DNA of 64,000 nucleotides from Candidatus Latescibacterota bacterium (GTDB lineage Bacteria; Latescibacterota; UBA2968; UBA8231). The notes beneath the pieces were generated by a model. The model worked only from the letters and a program-made list of their open reading frames with translations, was not told where the DNA came from and made no database searches. The position numbers were made by a program, and so were the translations under genes. Shown one piece after another: positions 37,724 through 47,905 of the stretch; position 1 is the stretch's first letter; the number at the start of each line of letters is the position of its first letter. The DNA lies in the NCBI GenBank assembly GCA_965217585.1, contig OZ244561.1, positions 832,001 through 896,000 of the forward strand, in the 5' to 3' direction.

Positions 37724-40665
37724 ATGAATTCGCGCGCCTGGCGCCTCTGGGCAGTGACGGTCGTAGGACTGGCCGGTGCCGCCTCTGCCCAGCCGGAGTA
37801 CGGCTATCGGCTAGGCGAACGAGTCGGCGACCATGTCGTCTATTCCACCCGTGGCGTGCCGATTTATACCGCAGCCCTAGAGCCCACAGTACAGCGCTGG
37901 TATTTACCAGCCAGTTTATTCTCCGAAAACCACCACCACCAATGGGAATACACCAACTACGCCCGGGATCCCTTCCTGCGCTACGTCAGTTCCAGCTTGG
38001 AAGGAAATCTGTTCTACGATGGCTTTGGCAGCCTAATCACTCGCGGCTGGCTCATTTACGACTGGCGTCAGGTGCAGCCGCGCATCGCCGAAAGCTCTCA
38101 GATATTCAAGGCGAGCCAGTACATGCGATGGTTCAACAGGCAATTGCTGGCCGTCGACAGCAAGGGAGATTACAGCTTCTCCATCCTCGTCGGCGACGAA
38201 CTCAATACTACACTGACGCCGATGACGTTCAGAAAGGCCGGCTTCAATGGGATCATGGCCAACTTGGCGACTAATCGCCTGCGCCTCACAGGACTCTTTT
38301 CCCGCATCTCGGGACCGGTGCTGCTAGAGACCGTGGGCCTGGTCGATCCCAGAGTCAACTCCACCAATCTGGTAGCGGGCCGCACCGAAGTGGATCTGTT
38401 CACGGGCTTGACCATAGGACTGAATCTGGTCAATTCCCACACTTCTAATGGCAGTCGGGAAAGTTTCGCCGGCAACCCCTTCAAGGGCGAGCTATCGACG
38501 GGCCAGCTCGAGGACGCACTGCGCTCGGTCCTAGTGCGGCTCAGCGATGACTCACCAGAAGACGGCGAGGCAGGGGCCATCCTCATCGCTAGGGACATCG
38601 AGATAAAAACCAAGCTCAAACGTCCTTCCCCTGCGGATCCAGCGGTATTAGTGGAGCGGGATACCCTCATTGTCGGCAGTTCTTTTGGCTTCGACGCCAG
38701 CCAAATTCAGGGTGGTTCGGTGAGGAACGGTCTGCTCGTGGCCGACGGGGCCGAGAGCATTGTATTGCATTACGTCTTGGCTCCTGCGCAGGGCGAGAGC
38801 GAAAAAGGCTCCTTGCGGCTGTTGCTGCAGCAGCGACTAAATCTGAGCCTAGCAGAGGCCCAAGATGTAATCCAGGCGATCGAAAATGTGCGCTTTCGCC
38901 TAATATTGGCCAACGACTATCGCGTGGAAATGAGCTCGGATCGGCAGACCAACCGCTTTGGCGTGCCCCAATTCCTGCCGGTCACCAGAGCCGCAGGCAA
39001 TATCAAGAATGAGACCAACAGCCGCGAGGTGGTTTTCGACTATGGTCTGCCCACGGCCAATCTGCTGTACGGCCTCAGCGCCGAATGGCGCAATATGCGC
39101 GGTTTCGATTTCTACGGGGAAGTAAATATCAATTCCAACTATCGGAAATACCCGAATCGGCACCAAAAGCATCACCGCGCAATTGCGGGCATTGCAGGTG
39201 ACAAAAGGTCGCTGGGCTGGCTGGCTACTCTCTCTTGGCAAAGCTACCCTTGGTCGGCATTCTTGGAAGGCTTTGGCATGGACGACTCCTATTCCACCAG
39301 CGTTCGTCCCGTGCCCCCATCTGGAGTTGCCAACTACGCCCCCGAAGCCACCGAGGTTCTCTACGATTTTGTCGAAGACAACGACGACCAGGATCGCCAA
39401 CCCGATCAAAAGCGCGCCAATCAGGGTAGTCTGGTGCCGCCACAAGTAGGCGATTTTGACATCGACCAGACCGGAGTCGCCGACCCAGAAGTCTTCCCGG
39501 GTTATGACGAAAACGGAGATTTCATTTCTGATTTCAACCAGAACCACAATCCCATCCGCCGCAACCTGCTGCCCGATTATGACGAACCGTTTTTGCGCTA
39601 CCACTCCGACCGGCCCGAGTTTCTCTTTGGCATGGATCTGAACAACAACAACTGGGTCGATCGCTTCGAGAACGACGATTTGCCCGATTACCCGTACAAA
39701 AAAGATCACTGGGGCTACAATGCCTACAGTAGCCTCCAACTCGGTCCGCAAGCCAAGCTGACTCTCGGACAGCTACGGCAGGAAAAACGCGAGACGAGCG
39801 AGGAGAATCTGACGACTATGGCCTCCTAACCGCGGTCGAGGATCTGCCGGGCAAGGGCCGCCTGCGCCTCTTCGATATGTTGAGATTGGCTAAGGACGAT
39901 ATCCCCGACCCCTTGTCGCAGTGGATCGTATCCACGCCCGAATTTGGCGATCCGGGAGTCGACAGTGGGCGTCATGTCCAAATTCTAGATCGCCTAGGGG
40001 CCGCAGATACGTGGATCAACACCTTCTATGCGGACTGGAAATACGCCAGTCCGAACCAGTGGAGTACCTTTCACCGGTTTAAATGGGAAACCTGGCGTCA
40101 GCGCAATACGGGCAATCGCTTGCTCGTCGATGACGAGGGCAGTCAGGTGGGCACCGGCGGCGAATCCGTCGCTATCTACGACCCCCTCGGTCCACAAGGC
40201 CGCAACGGTCGCCGGTCCTCGGGGTTTTCGGGCTTAATCGACAAGGTGGAATACCAGTATTCGTGGCGGGGTTTGACCATCTCGCCCAAAGCGAAAAGCG
40301 AGTTCCTCAGCCAGACCCCCTTCGACCGGACAGTGGACAAACGCCGCACCTGGGACGCGCTTTTCTTTTTGCAGATCCACTTTCTCGTCCTGCGCACGAC
40401 CAGGATCGAAGGCGGTTTGGAACAGCGGTTCTTCTACAATGTCCTAAACTCGGAAGAAAATCTGCAAGTCGGACAGCTCAGCGGCGATTTTCGCGGCACG
40501 GTGCTGGCGCTCCAACTCACGAATCCAAGTACCTATTTGGGCTACAAATTGATCGCGGAGGTGGGCATGCGCTACGATCGGAGATCCCTAGAAAGGGTCG
40601 GCGGCAAACGCCAGCAGAAGGCCTCGGGTCTGTTCTTCGCCTCCATCCTGGCGGGTCTGCGCTGA
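37724..40665 (+). pseudogene. Cassette protein C2 (paralog of C1), split by a 1-nt deletion near 39816 (real lesion or assembly error)
   Basis: ORF 37724-39829 matches the N-terminal part of C1 and ORF 39877-40665 its C-terminus. Adding one base in ...CTG ACG AC-TAT GGC CTC CTA... restores NLTTYGLLTAVEDLPGKGRLRLFDML (C1: NTTMYGLFTFSKDWSGRGKLRLFDML), giving 980 aa. Confidence 0.85.
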
Positions 40666-40725
40666 GTCGATAGTACTTTGTATATAATTATATGGTGTAG
40701 CACCCCTGAAAAAGAGGAGCGAATA

Positions 40726-42732
40726 ATGCCATTGGTCCAAATAGGCCGCCTGGCGTCTCTGCTGTGTTTTGGATTCTGTCTCGCCCTTTGGGGGCACCAA
40801 GACAGCGGGGCATTGACGGTTTACCGGATCGGCGGCGAAGATCTGCCCGCGCCCGAGGCGGCCGATTTCGGCGTTCCACCCGAATCTTTCCGCTTCGAGC
40901 AGCGGTCTTGGCTGTCTTTCGAGGATGACGACTTTGGCAGCGCCAACCTGCTCGACCTAGCACCGGGTCATATTCGGCCCCAGACTCTGGACAAAGAGAT
41001 CAATCTCACGCCGTTGATCCGCGAGCGAGGGGGGTCCATCAAGATCAACGACGGCTACGGCTGGAAAGACGAGGCGCAGCTAGATTTTCTCTTTGACGAC
41101 GACGAGACCACGGCCTTTTCAGGGGATACGGGGGGCAGTCTGCGCTGTGCTAATGGCACCCCGGGGAGAGGAGGCATCATGGATGCCCTCGGGGGCGATC
41201 CCATTGCGCAATGCAGGTATTTCAAATTCGATTTGGGCGGGGCGTTTATCATCGACCGGGTTCGATTTTTTGGCACTCCGAGACGAGGCGATACCTTTTT
41301 TCCCCGGTCCTTCCGGTTGGGCACAAACGACGGGGATGCGCTCAAAGACGGAGAGCGGGAGATCAAGTTGACCTGGCGCGGCAAAGCCTTCGTCGACTGG
41401 GATGTCGTTGTCGAGCGCCTGGAGAACACGGACGCGGTCCTGGACTTTCAATTGCCTCTCGAGCCCGTGCAAATCCTCATATTCGAGGCTCTTCAGGGCA
41501 AATGGGAAATCGCCGAGTTGCAGATTTTTGGCACGGGGTCGGCCCCCTTTGCCAGCTACATTTCGAGTATTATCGATTTGGGCGGCCCGGCCGTGCTGGG
41601 AGAATTGACCTGGTCCGGCAACCAATCACCGACAGGGCGCATCGACCTGACTGCCCGCGGTGGCGACACGTCCGATCCCAATACGTACTGGCGTTTTACC
41701 TTCAGAGGGGATGAAAGGTCTCGTTTCAATGCCAATGGCCAACCCCTCAGTCGCCGCGCCTACGCCAAGTTGGAAGGGGGAGAGAAGGCGGGCATAACCC
41801 CCGACGAACAGAATTGGGAACTGTGGCCACCTTTTTTTTCTTATGGGGATGGCCGTGCCGAGATGAGCCGTCTCAAACCCCGTCAGTTCCTCCAGTTCAA
41901 GGCCGATTTCCACTCGCCGCCAGGAGGGGAAAACAGCCGGCTCGACTATCTCCAATTCGCCGTTACGCAACCGCCCATGGCAGCAGGAGTCGTAGCCGAA
42001 ATAGCACCCGCTGTCGTCGGCGCTGGCGAGCCGACGCGGTTTATTTACAAGATATTGCCCCAGATCCAACTGGGGGAGTCGGGTTTCGACACTATTGAAA
42101 TCCGCACGCCCATCGAGCCGCGGCTCGAATCCGTGTCCATTAGCGGCACCGAAGTGGAGTGGGCGGTCCTGCGGGTGGACGCCACCGGTCTGGAAGTGCG
42201 GATTCCCCGCATCGGCGACGACCGTTCGGGGGAGTTGATCGAAGTCGTTTTCGAGGCAGAGGTGTTCCGTTTTGGCACGGTATTTCCCGGCGCGGTCTGG
42301 GACAGCGAACGGCCCTACGAAGTGCGCCAACCAGTGACGCCGGGCAATGCCGACGATCTGGTGGATAACAACAGGCTCAGTGTGGCTCTGCAACAAACGG
42401 GCAAGCAGTCCATAGGGCGCTTCGAGCTGTCTTCTCGGGTGGTAACGCCAAATGGAGATCTGGCCAATGACGAGTTGCTGATCGAGTACGACCTCATCAA
42501 TGTCGATAGCGCTGGCGCTGGCATCGCCCGGCTCGAACTCTACGGGCTGGCGGGAGCGCGCATCGGGGTGTTGCAGCAAACCCAGATAACCAGCGGCCGG
42601 ATTCATTTCTCGTGGCCCGGCACCGATGGCGATGGTCAGGTGCTGCCGCCGGGCCTCTATATCCTCCGGCTGGCTGTCGCCGCGGACCGCGCTACGGACA
42701 CGGCGTTTCGCTCCGTAGCAGTGGCGTATTAG
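40726..42732 (+). CDS. Cassette protein D2 (paralog of D1)
   Basis: GAGGAG RBS before ATG 40726; LTVYRIGGE, DPNTYWRFTF.GD..SRF, LEGGEKAGIT, RLDYLQF shared with D1; VTPNGDLAND...WPGTDGDG...PGLY...VAY. Confidence 0.75.
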   Translation: MPLVQIGRLASLLCFGFCLALWGHQDSGALTVYRIGGEDLPAPEAADFGVPPESFRFEQRSWLSFEDDDFGSANLLDLAPGHIRPQTLDKEINLTPLIRERGGSIKINDGYGWKDEAQLDFLFDDDETTAFSGDTGGSLRCANGTPGRGGIMDALGGDPIAQCRYFKFDLGGAFIIDRVRFFGTPRRGDTFFPRSFRLGTNDGDALKDGEREIKLTWRGKAFVDWDVVVERLENTDAVLDFQLPLEPVQILIFEALQGKWEIAELQIFGTGSAPFASYISSIIDLGGPAVLGELTWSGNQSPTGRIDLTARGGDTSDPNTYWRFTFRGDERSRFNANGQPLSRRAYAKLEGGEKAGITPDEQNWELWPPFFSYGDGRAEMSRLKPRQFLQFKADFHSPPGGENSRLDYLQFAVTQPPMAAGVVAEIAPAVVGAGEPTRFIYKILPQIQLGESGFDTIEIRTPIEPRLESVSISGTEVEWAVLRVDATGLEVRIPRIGDDRSGELIEVVFEAEVFRFGTVFPGAVWDSERPYEVRQPVTPGNADDLVDNNRLSVALQQTGKQSIGRFELSSRVVTPNGDLANDELLIEYDLINVDSAGAGIARLELYGLAGARIGVLQQTQITSGRIHFSWPGTDGDGQVLPPGLYILRLAVAADRATDTAFRSVAVAY

Positions 42733-42762
42733 CTGTGCGGGTTGGCGCCGGGAGTGCTTGCT

Positions 42763-45543
42763 ATGCCTAAAATCTCGCCTAGAATTTTTATAATCGGCGC
42801 GAGCGCTTTCTGGCTCCTCAGCGGATGGACCTCAATCCGCGCTCAGACCACCAACGAGTTTCGCACCCGACCGAACCAGATCGTCGTGAGCGCCCAGAGC
42901 CATTGGGAGGATTGGGACTTTCCCGCCGGCACTCTTGAGATTTCCCCCCGTGGGGCAGTACGGCCGCGCCGCTGGAATCGCAATACAGACGCCACTGAGG
43001 ACATTGTCGATTTTCTGCGCTTCCAGCTCGAAGCGTCACAACGCGATCCCACGCTGTTCAAAATTCCCCAGCGCCTGCAGGGCAAGGAGGTCGCTGAAAT
43101 CTCTCTGCGAGATGCCGTCGTGGCAGCAGGTTCGAACCCCGCAGGAGTAGTCAATGTCCTCGACGGCGACCCCACTACCTTTTGGGAACCAGCGCCGCTG
43201 CCGGCGGGTGTGGATCCGGCGGGTGTGGATGTCGGCGCCCTTTGGTGGTTTACGGTGGATCTGGGACGTCTGGTTTTCCTCAAGAAAATCGAGCTGAAAT
43301 TCGTCGATGAAGATCTGGGCGACCCCTTCCTGTTGTACGATGTCCTCGTATCGGACGGGCGCAAACCCATTGCCGCCCAATCGGGAAACGCCCCACCCGA
43401 ATTTTTCCCCGTCCTGATCTCTCTCAAGCCCAATAAGACCCAACGCAGCGTCGAGGTGGACCTGCGCGGCATCACGGGTCGCAGAGAATTGGGCGGCGAG
43501 CAGGATGAGTTTCTGGCGGAACAGATCCAATTTGAGGATTTGGCGGAGGAGTCTGGTGCGACCACAGACATGGCGACGCTGGTCGGACGTTTTGTCCAGG
43601 TCGTCATAAGAGGCAGCGACCTGAACCGAGGCCGCCAGATCGCCAAAGCGGAATTCGAGCAACTCGCCCCGGCCGATACGGGCGCGGTTGAGTATTACAA
43701 AAAACTGCCCGACGGCGGCCAGTTGCAAGTATCGAGGCAAGTCTACTTCGACCGCCTCGCAGAGGAAAAGCGCGGCGACATCCGCTATTATATCCGCGAG
43801 CGCCCGCGCTTAGCCGAGCTCAAGGTCTGGGTCGAAGGGGATGATATCTTCCACGGGACATTGCGCCGGGGCGGGATCATAAGCTCGCCCGATCCCCGCA
43901 ATGGAGCGATCCTCCTCGATGGCGATGTGGACTCCGCTCATTTTCTCGACCTCTACCGAGATCCCAAATTCAATTTGGGTCCCATCGGCACGGTGACTTT
44001 CGATCTGGGATCGTTTTTCTGGCTAGACGCGCAAAGGATGACCTATACATTCATCGATAACGACGCCCATACTTTTGGTAACTATACCCTAGAAGTTTCG
44101 GATGGCAGCAGGGAGCCCGATGGCAGCCTCAAGTGGTCCATCAGCGTAGATCGCAGACAGACCGAAACCTTGGGCGGTTTGATCGGCAAGATCACGGAGG
44201 GCAATAACTTCGATCCCGTCGTTGGCCGTTTTTTCAAGATCCAGTGGAATGTCCAACCCATCGCCGCGAGGATCCTGACCGCACTGAGTGAGTTCCAGCT
44301 TTTCGGCGCTGGCTTTCAGCCCCAAGTCGAGCTGACGTCGGAGCGCATACCTTTGGGAAACAGCAAAAATTTGCTGTCTATCGAATGGGATGCCGATACG
44401 CCGCCCGGCACCAAGATAGAGCTACAGACGCGGACGGGGGACACCTTCAGTCCGGATACGCTCTACTATCACGGAGACAATATAAGACTCTACGAAGGAG
44501 GTGCTGTAGAATACTACACTCGCAGAAACCGGCGCGACAAAGGCAACAAAATAGGCATCTGGGTCGATGGGCCGGAGTGGGAAAAGTCCTTTAGTGCACC
44601 GTACGAAAACGCCGCCGGCAGCCCCATCACCTCGCCCTCACCGCGCCAATTTGTCCGCATTCGAGCCACGTTGTTCTCCAACGAGCCAGAAGTCCACGCC
44701 ACCCTCAAAGAGATCCGGCTCAATTTTGCCGCGCCGGTGGCTCGGCACCTGTTGGGCGAAGTTACCCCTACCCAGGTCGACAGCCTCGGCGTCCAGCGTC
44801 CTTTTTCGGTATACATCCGGCCGGATACCGTCAGTGCCGGAGGATTCGATCAGCTCTTGCTCGCAGCCCCCCCCCAGATGCGTCTGACCTATCGCGGGCT
44901 ATACGGGGGCAAAGGCAGCGATTTTTCGCCGGCCGCCGATCTGGCCTCTCTGGAGATCGCAGAGGTCGATGTCCGCAGCGATCGCTCGGATAGCCTGCAT
45001 CTGACTTTTCCGGCCGTACTGTCGGAGTCGGATATTGAACTGTTCCGCCTCGATTTCGCCACGGCTCTTTTCACGGTAAGTGCACCGCTGAGAGCAGCCC
45101 TGCGGCGGGGAGACGACGGTTGGTGGCAGCGCGTGGACGCGGGAGACGCCGCCGCGCAAGTCACCGACAACGATCTAACGCTGGTCGCGCTACCGAGGCG
45201 CAAGGAAATTTTCCGCAACTTAGCGATCGAGCCGCAGGTATTTACGCCCAATGGGGACGACATAAACGATGCGGTGAGGTTTATATTCGACGTCGTGTTG
45301 ATCCGTCAGAACAGTGCCGTCGAAATCCATATCCACGATCTGGGCGGTCGCCGGGTGAGAAGCATTTCCGAGCGGCGTCCGGTGGTCACTGGTGCCCATG
45401 CGCTCGAATGGGACGGCAGAGACCATGCTGGAAATCTCGTGGCGCCCGGCGTGTACGTCGTCCTGCTCAAGATCGATGCCAATACGGAGGGGGCTGGCCT
45501 CGACGCGAGAGATCTCGCCCGCACGGTGGCGGTCGCCTACTAG
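42763..45543 (+). CDS. Cassette protein E2 (paralog of E1)
   Basis: IRA-QTTN; W.FP.GTLE, LWWFTVDLGRL, GDPFLLYDVLVS, RERPRLAEL, QTRTG, SPSPR shared with E1; FTPNGDDIND...WDGRDHAG...PGVY...VAY. Start set at ATG 42763. Confidence 0.75.
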   Translation: MPKISPRIFIIGASAFWLLSGWTSIRAQTTNEFRTRPNQIVVSAQSHWEDWDFPAGTLEISPRGAVRPRRWNRNTDATEDIVDFLRFQLEASQRDPTLFKIPQRLQGKEVAEISLRDAVVAAGSNPAGVVNVLDGDPTTFWEPAPLPAGVDPAGVDVGALWWFTVDLGRLVFLKKIELKFVDEDLGDPFLLYDVLVSDGRKPIAAQSGNAPPEFFPVLISLKPNKTQRSVEVDLRGITGRRELGGEQDEFLAEQIQFEDLAEESGATTDMATLVGRFVQVVIRGSDLNRGRQIAKAEFEQLAPADTGAVEYYKKLPDGGQLQVSRQVYFDRLAEEKRGDIRYYIRERPRLAELKVWVEGDDIFHGTLRRGGIISSPDPRNGAILLDGDVDSAHFLDLYRDPKFNLGPIGTVTFDLGSFFWLDAQRMTYTFIDNDAHTFGNYTLEVSDGSREPDGSLKWSISVDRRQTETLGGLIGKITEGNNFDPVVGRFFKIQWNVQPIAARILTALSEFQLFGAGFQPQVELTSERIPLGNSKNLLSIEWDADTPPGTKIELQTRTGDTFSPDTLYYHGDNIRLYEGGAVEYYTRRNRRDKGNKIGIWVDGPEWEKSFSAPYENAAGSPITSPSPRQFVRIRATLFSNEPEVHATLKEIRLNFAAPVARHLLGEVTPTQVDSLGVQRPFSVYIRPDTVSAGGFDQLLLAAPPQMRLTYRGLYGGKGSDFSPAADLASLEIAEVDVRSDRSDSLHLTFPAVLSESDIELFRLDFATALFTVSAPLRAALRRGDDGWWQRVDAGDAAAQVTDNDLTLVALPRRKEIFRNLAIEPQVFTPNGDDINDAVRFIFDVVLIRQNSAVEIHIHDLGGRRVRSISERRPVVTGAHALEWDGRDHAGNLVAPGVYVVLLKIDANTEGAGLDARDLARTVAVAY

Positions 45544-45636
45544 CGCCTCTGGACAGAAATCCTTCCCCGCAAACCAGGAAATCACTTATGCCCATAGGCA
45601 CTAGTACTGCCACCCGGATGATCACCAGGTTCAACA

Positions 45637-46401
45637 ATGCCGGATGCTAAAACAATTCGTCGCCAGATTAGCACCGGCGAGTGGCGAGGTACGACCGTTG
45701 GCAGGGCGGGGCGTTATGTGCAGACCGGCTTGGTCATTCTCCGCCAAGCCGAGGCTTATGATTTTCTCGTCTTCTGCCAGCGCAACCCGCAGCCGTGTCC
45801 GCTGCTCGAAGTGACAGACCCGGGTTGTCCGACGCCGAAAACACTGGCACCGGGCGCGGATATTCGCCATGCGGTCGGGCTATACTCGGTCTGGCGCGGC
45901 GGTGAGTTGGTGGAAGAAGTGACCGATATTGCGCCGTTGTGGCAGGATGATTTCGTCGCCTTTTTTTTAGGGTCGAGCCTGACTTTTTTGCAAGCTCTGG
46001 CCGACGCCGGGTGCGTCAGTTCGGTTGGCGTCGTGTTATATAAAACCAATATCATGTGCAAACCGGCGGGGCGTTTTGCCGGGCCGATGGTAGTGACCAT
46101 GCAAACCTTGCCGGCGGCAAAGGTGGCGCGCGCCGTGCAGGTGACTTCGCGATTCCAGGCCACGCACGGGGCCCCGATACACATTGGCGATCCAGCAGCC
46201 ATCGGCATCACCGACCTTGCGCAAACCATTGGCCCCGCGCCCCCCAACGGCATTCCCACCGGCGATGTAGCGCTATTTTGGGCCTGTAGTGTTACACCTC
46301 AGACGGTGGCGCAGGCTTCCGCCATTCCATTCATGATAACCCATTCGACGGGACACGGCTTTGTCACCGATCTCAAAGACCACGACCTAGCCGTGCCGTG
46401 A
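45637..46401 (+). CDS. DUF1445 / D-glutamate cyclase-like putative hydro-lyase
   Basis: AYDFLVFCQRNPQPCPLLEV, GPMVVTM, HGAPIHIGDPAAIGITDL, FWACSVTPQ, ITHSTGH. Confidence 0.85.
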   Translation: MPDAKTIRRQISTGEWRGTTVGRAGRYVQTGLVILRQAEAYDFLVFCQRNPQPCPLLEVTDPGCPTPKTLAPGADIRHAVGLYSVWRGGELVEEVTDIAPLWQDDFVAFFLGSSLTFLQALADAGCVSSVGVVLYKTNIMCKPAGRFAGPMVVTMQTLPAAKVARAVQVTSRFQATHGAPIHIGDPAAIGITDLAQTIGPAPPNGIPTGDVALFWACSVTPQTVAQASAIPFMITHSTGHGFVTDLKDHDLAVP

Positions 46402-46411
46402 GCAGCGGATA

Positions 46412-46452
46412 GAGCGCTAAAAAAAGGGACTTATATACTGATTTTAGCGCTC
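46412..46452. repeat. 11-bp inverted repeat in the intergenic gap before the pRiA4b-like gene
   Basis: GAGCGCTAAAA (46412-46422) and TTTTAGCGCTC (46442-46452), 19-nt AT-rich spacer. Confidence 0.55.
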
Positions 46453-46473
46453 CAGTAGACGGGATTGCAGGCC

Positions 46474-47796
46474 ATGACGGCAGCCATTCAGATCAGCGCA
46501 ACAGAGCCGACCGCATTACTAAAGGATTTTTCTGAGTTCACTACTTACTTGACACATCACCCAGTGATCCTGGCTACGGCTCGGGAATTCATCGGCGGCA
46601 GGGATCTCTGTGCTCTCAACGAGGCTATGAGCGAGCCCGTGCCGGAGACGACAACCCGGACGCGCCAGACGCTCTATCCCCAATTGCATTTGTTCTACCA
46701 TCTCGCACTGGCGGGTGAACTATTTCACAAAGTGCCCGGCAAGGGTGGAAAACTCATACTCGAAGCTACGGATCGCCTCGCGCAGTACGAAGAGTTGAAG
46801 CTAACGGAACGCTACTTTTTCCTGCTGGAGACCTTCTGGGTGGATTGCGACTGGAAAAAACTGCAATCGGGCCACGGTGTCCGTCTCGATCCTCCATACG
46901 AAGTGCCGCCGGTCATCGAGTTGCTGGGCGAGCCCGCAGCAGCAAGAAAGAAAAAGAAGTGGAAGGATATATTCGCTCGGAGCCTCTCTTCCCTAGAATA
47001 CTTGGTGCTGCACCTTGCGGCATTCGGGTTCTGGCGGGTCGAACTCGATCGCGAGACCAAGGGACGGTCGAAGCACGATATCCGGTTTAAACGGATTGAA
47101 CTGACGGAATTTGGCGCGACACTGGCACCGATCTTGGCCGGTGAGCGGGACTTTCTTCATTGGAATCTACCGACCCGGCGGCAAGCGTTCGGCGAGTGGA
47201 AGGCCAAACCAGGCGATCCACTTGACGAGAAGAGAGTTTCTATATGCCGATTAGTGACGGGGACGAAAACGAGATTGGAGAAAAAATCTCCCGAAATATA
47301 TGGGGGACGGGCCGACGAGCCGTTTTACCAGCCTTTTGAGCCACTGGTTGATATGGAAGAACTCAAGCGCGGTTTGCCACGGAAGCGCATTGAGTTCAAG
47401 GACGGTATTTACTGTTTCAACGTTGCCTTAAAGAAAAATCTCTGGCGGCGGATTGAGACGGCGGGTGGGCATACGCTGGAGGATCTGCACCATGCCATCC
47501 AGGAGGCCTACGGTTTCGACGACGACCATCTCTACGCCTTCTTTATGGACGGCGAATTCTGGTCCGACGACAAGTTCACGTCGCCACATGACGAGGAAGG
47601 CCCTCATGTGGACGAGACGCAGATCGGGGAGTTGGATCTGTCGGAGGGGCAGCGCATGCTCTACCTGTTCGACTACGGGGACGAATGGCTTTTTCAGATC
47701 GCGGTGGAAGCGATTCGCAAAAGCGGGGCACGACCCCACAAGCCGAAGGTCGTAGGACAGAAGGGAAAAGCGCCTGAACAATACGAGTATTATTGA
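46474..47796 (+). CDS. Plasmid pRiA4b ORF-3-like domain protein (C-terminal domain)
   Basis: LWRRIE...TLEDLHHAIQEAYGFDDDHLYAF...YLFDYGDEW; N-terminal region of unknown function. Confidence 0.8.
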   Translation: MTAAIQISATEPTALLKDFSEFTTYLTHHPVILATAREFIGGRDLCALNEAMSEPVPETTTRTRQTLYPQLHLFYHLALAGELFHKVPGKGGKLILEATDRLAQYEELKLTERYFFLLETFWVDCDWKKLQSGHGVRLDPPYEVPPVIELLGEPAAARKKKKWKDIFARSLSSLEYLVLHLAAFGFWRVELDRETKGRSKHDIRFKRIELTEFGATLAPILAGERDFLHWNLPTRRQAFGEWKAKPGDPLDEKRVSICRLVTGTKTRLEKKSPEIYGGRADEPFYQPFEPLVDMEELKRGLPRKRIEFKDGIYCFNVALKKNLWRRIETAGGHTLEDLHHAIQEAYGFDDDHLYAFFMDGEFWSDDKFTSPHDEEGPHVDETQIGELDLSEGQRMLYLFDYGDEWLFQIAVEAIRKSGARPHKPKVVGQKGKAPEQYEYY

Positions 47797-47800
47797 CTGA

Positions 47801-47852
47801 TCAAAAGTCCCCGACCTAGCTCGCAAATCAGAGCTAGGCTGGAGACTTTTGA
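47801..47852. terminator. Imperfect inverted repeat between convergent genes, probable bidirectional terminator
   Basis: TCAAAAGTC-cccga-CCTAGCTC / GAGCTAGG-ctgga-GACTTTTGA. Confidence 0.6.
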
Positions 47853-47905
47853 ATATGTCTACGGCTTTACTCCTAAAGCAAGCAGGACGACAGAATACAA
47901 GCTGC

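Noticed and set aside
39805-39830. Programmed ribosomal frameshift in C2
   Set aside because: No slippery heptamer or homopolymer at the shift, and paralog C1 is continuous; a simple deletion or error is more likely.
45596-45611. Possible sigma54 site AGGCAC-TAGTA-CTGCC before DUF1445
   Set aside because: GG-N10-GC spacing is right, but both flanking consensus T positions mismatch; too weak to call.
1-46400. Impression that CTAG is unusually frequent in the host genes
   Set aside because: Cannot be quantified by eye; it needs an observed/expected tetranucleotide count.
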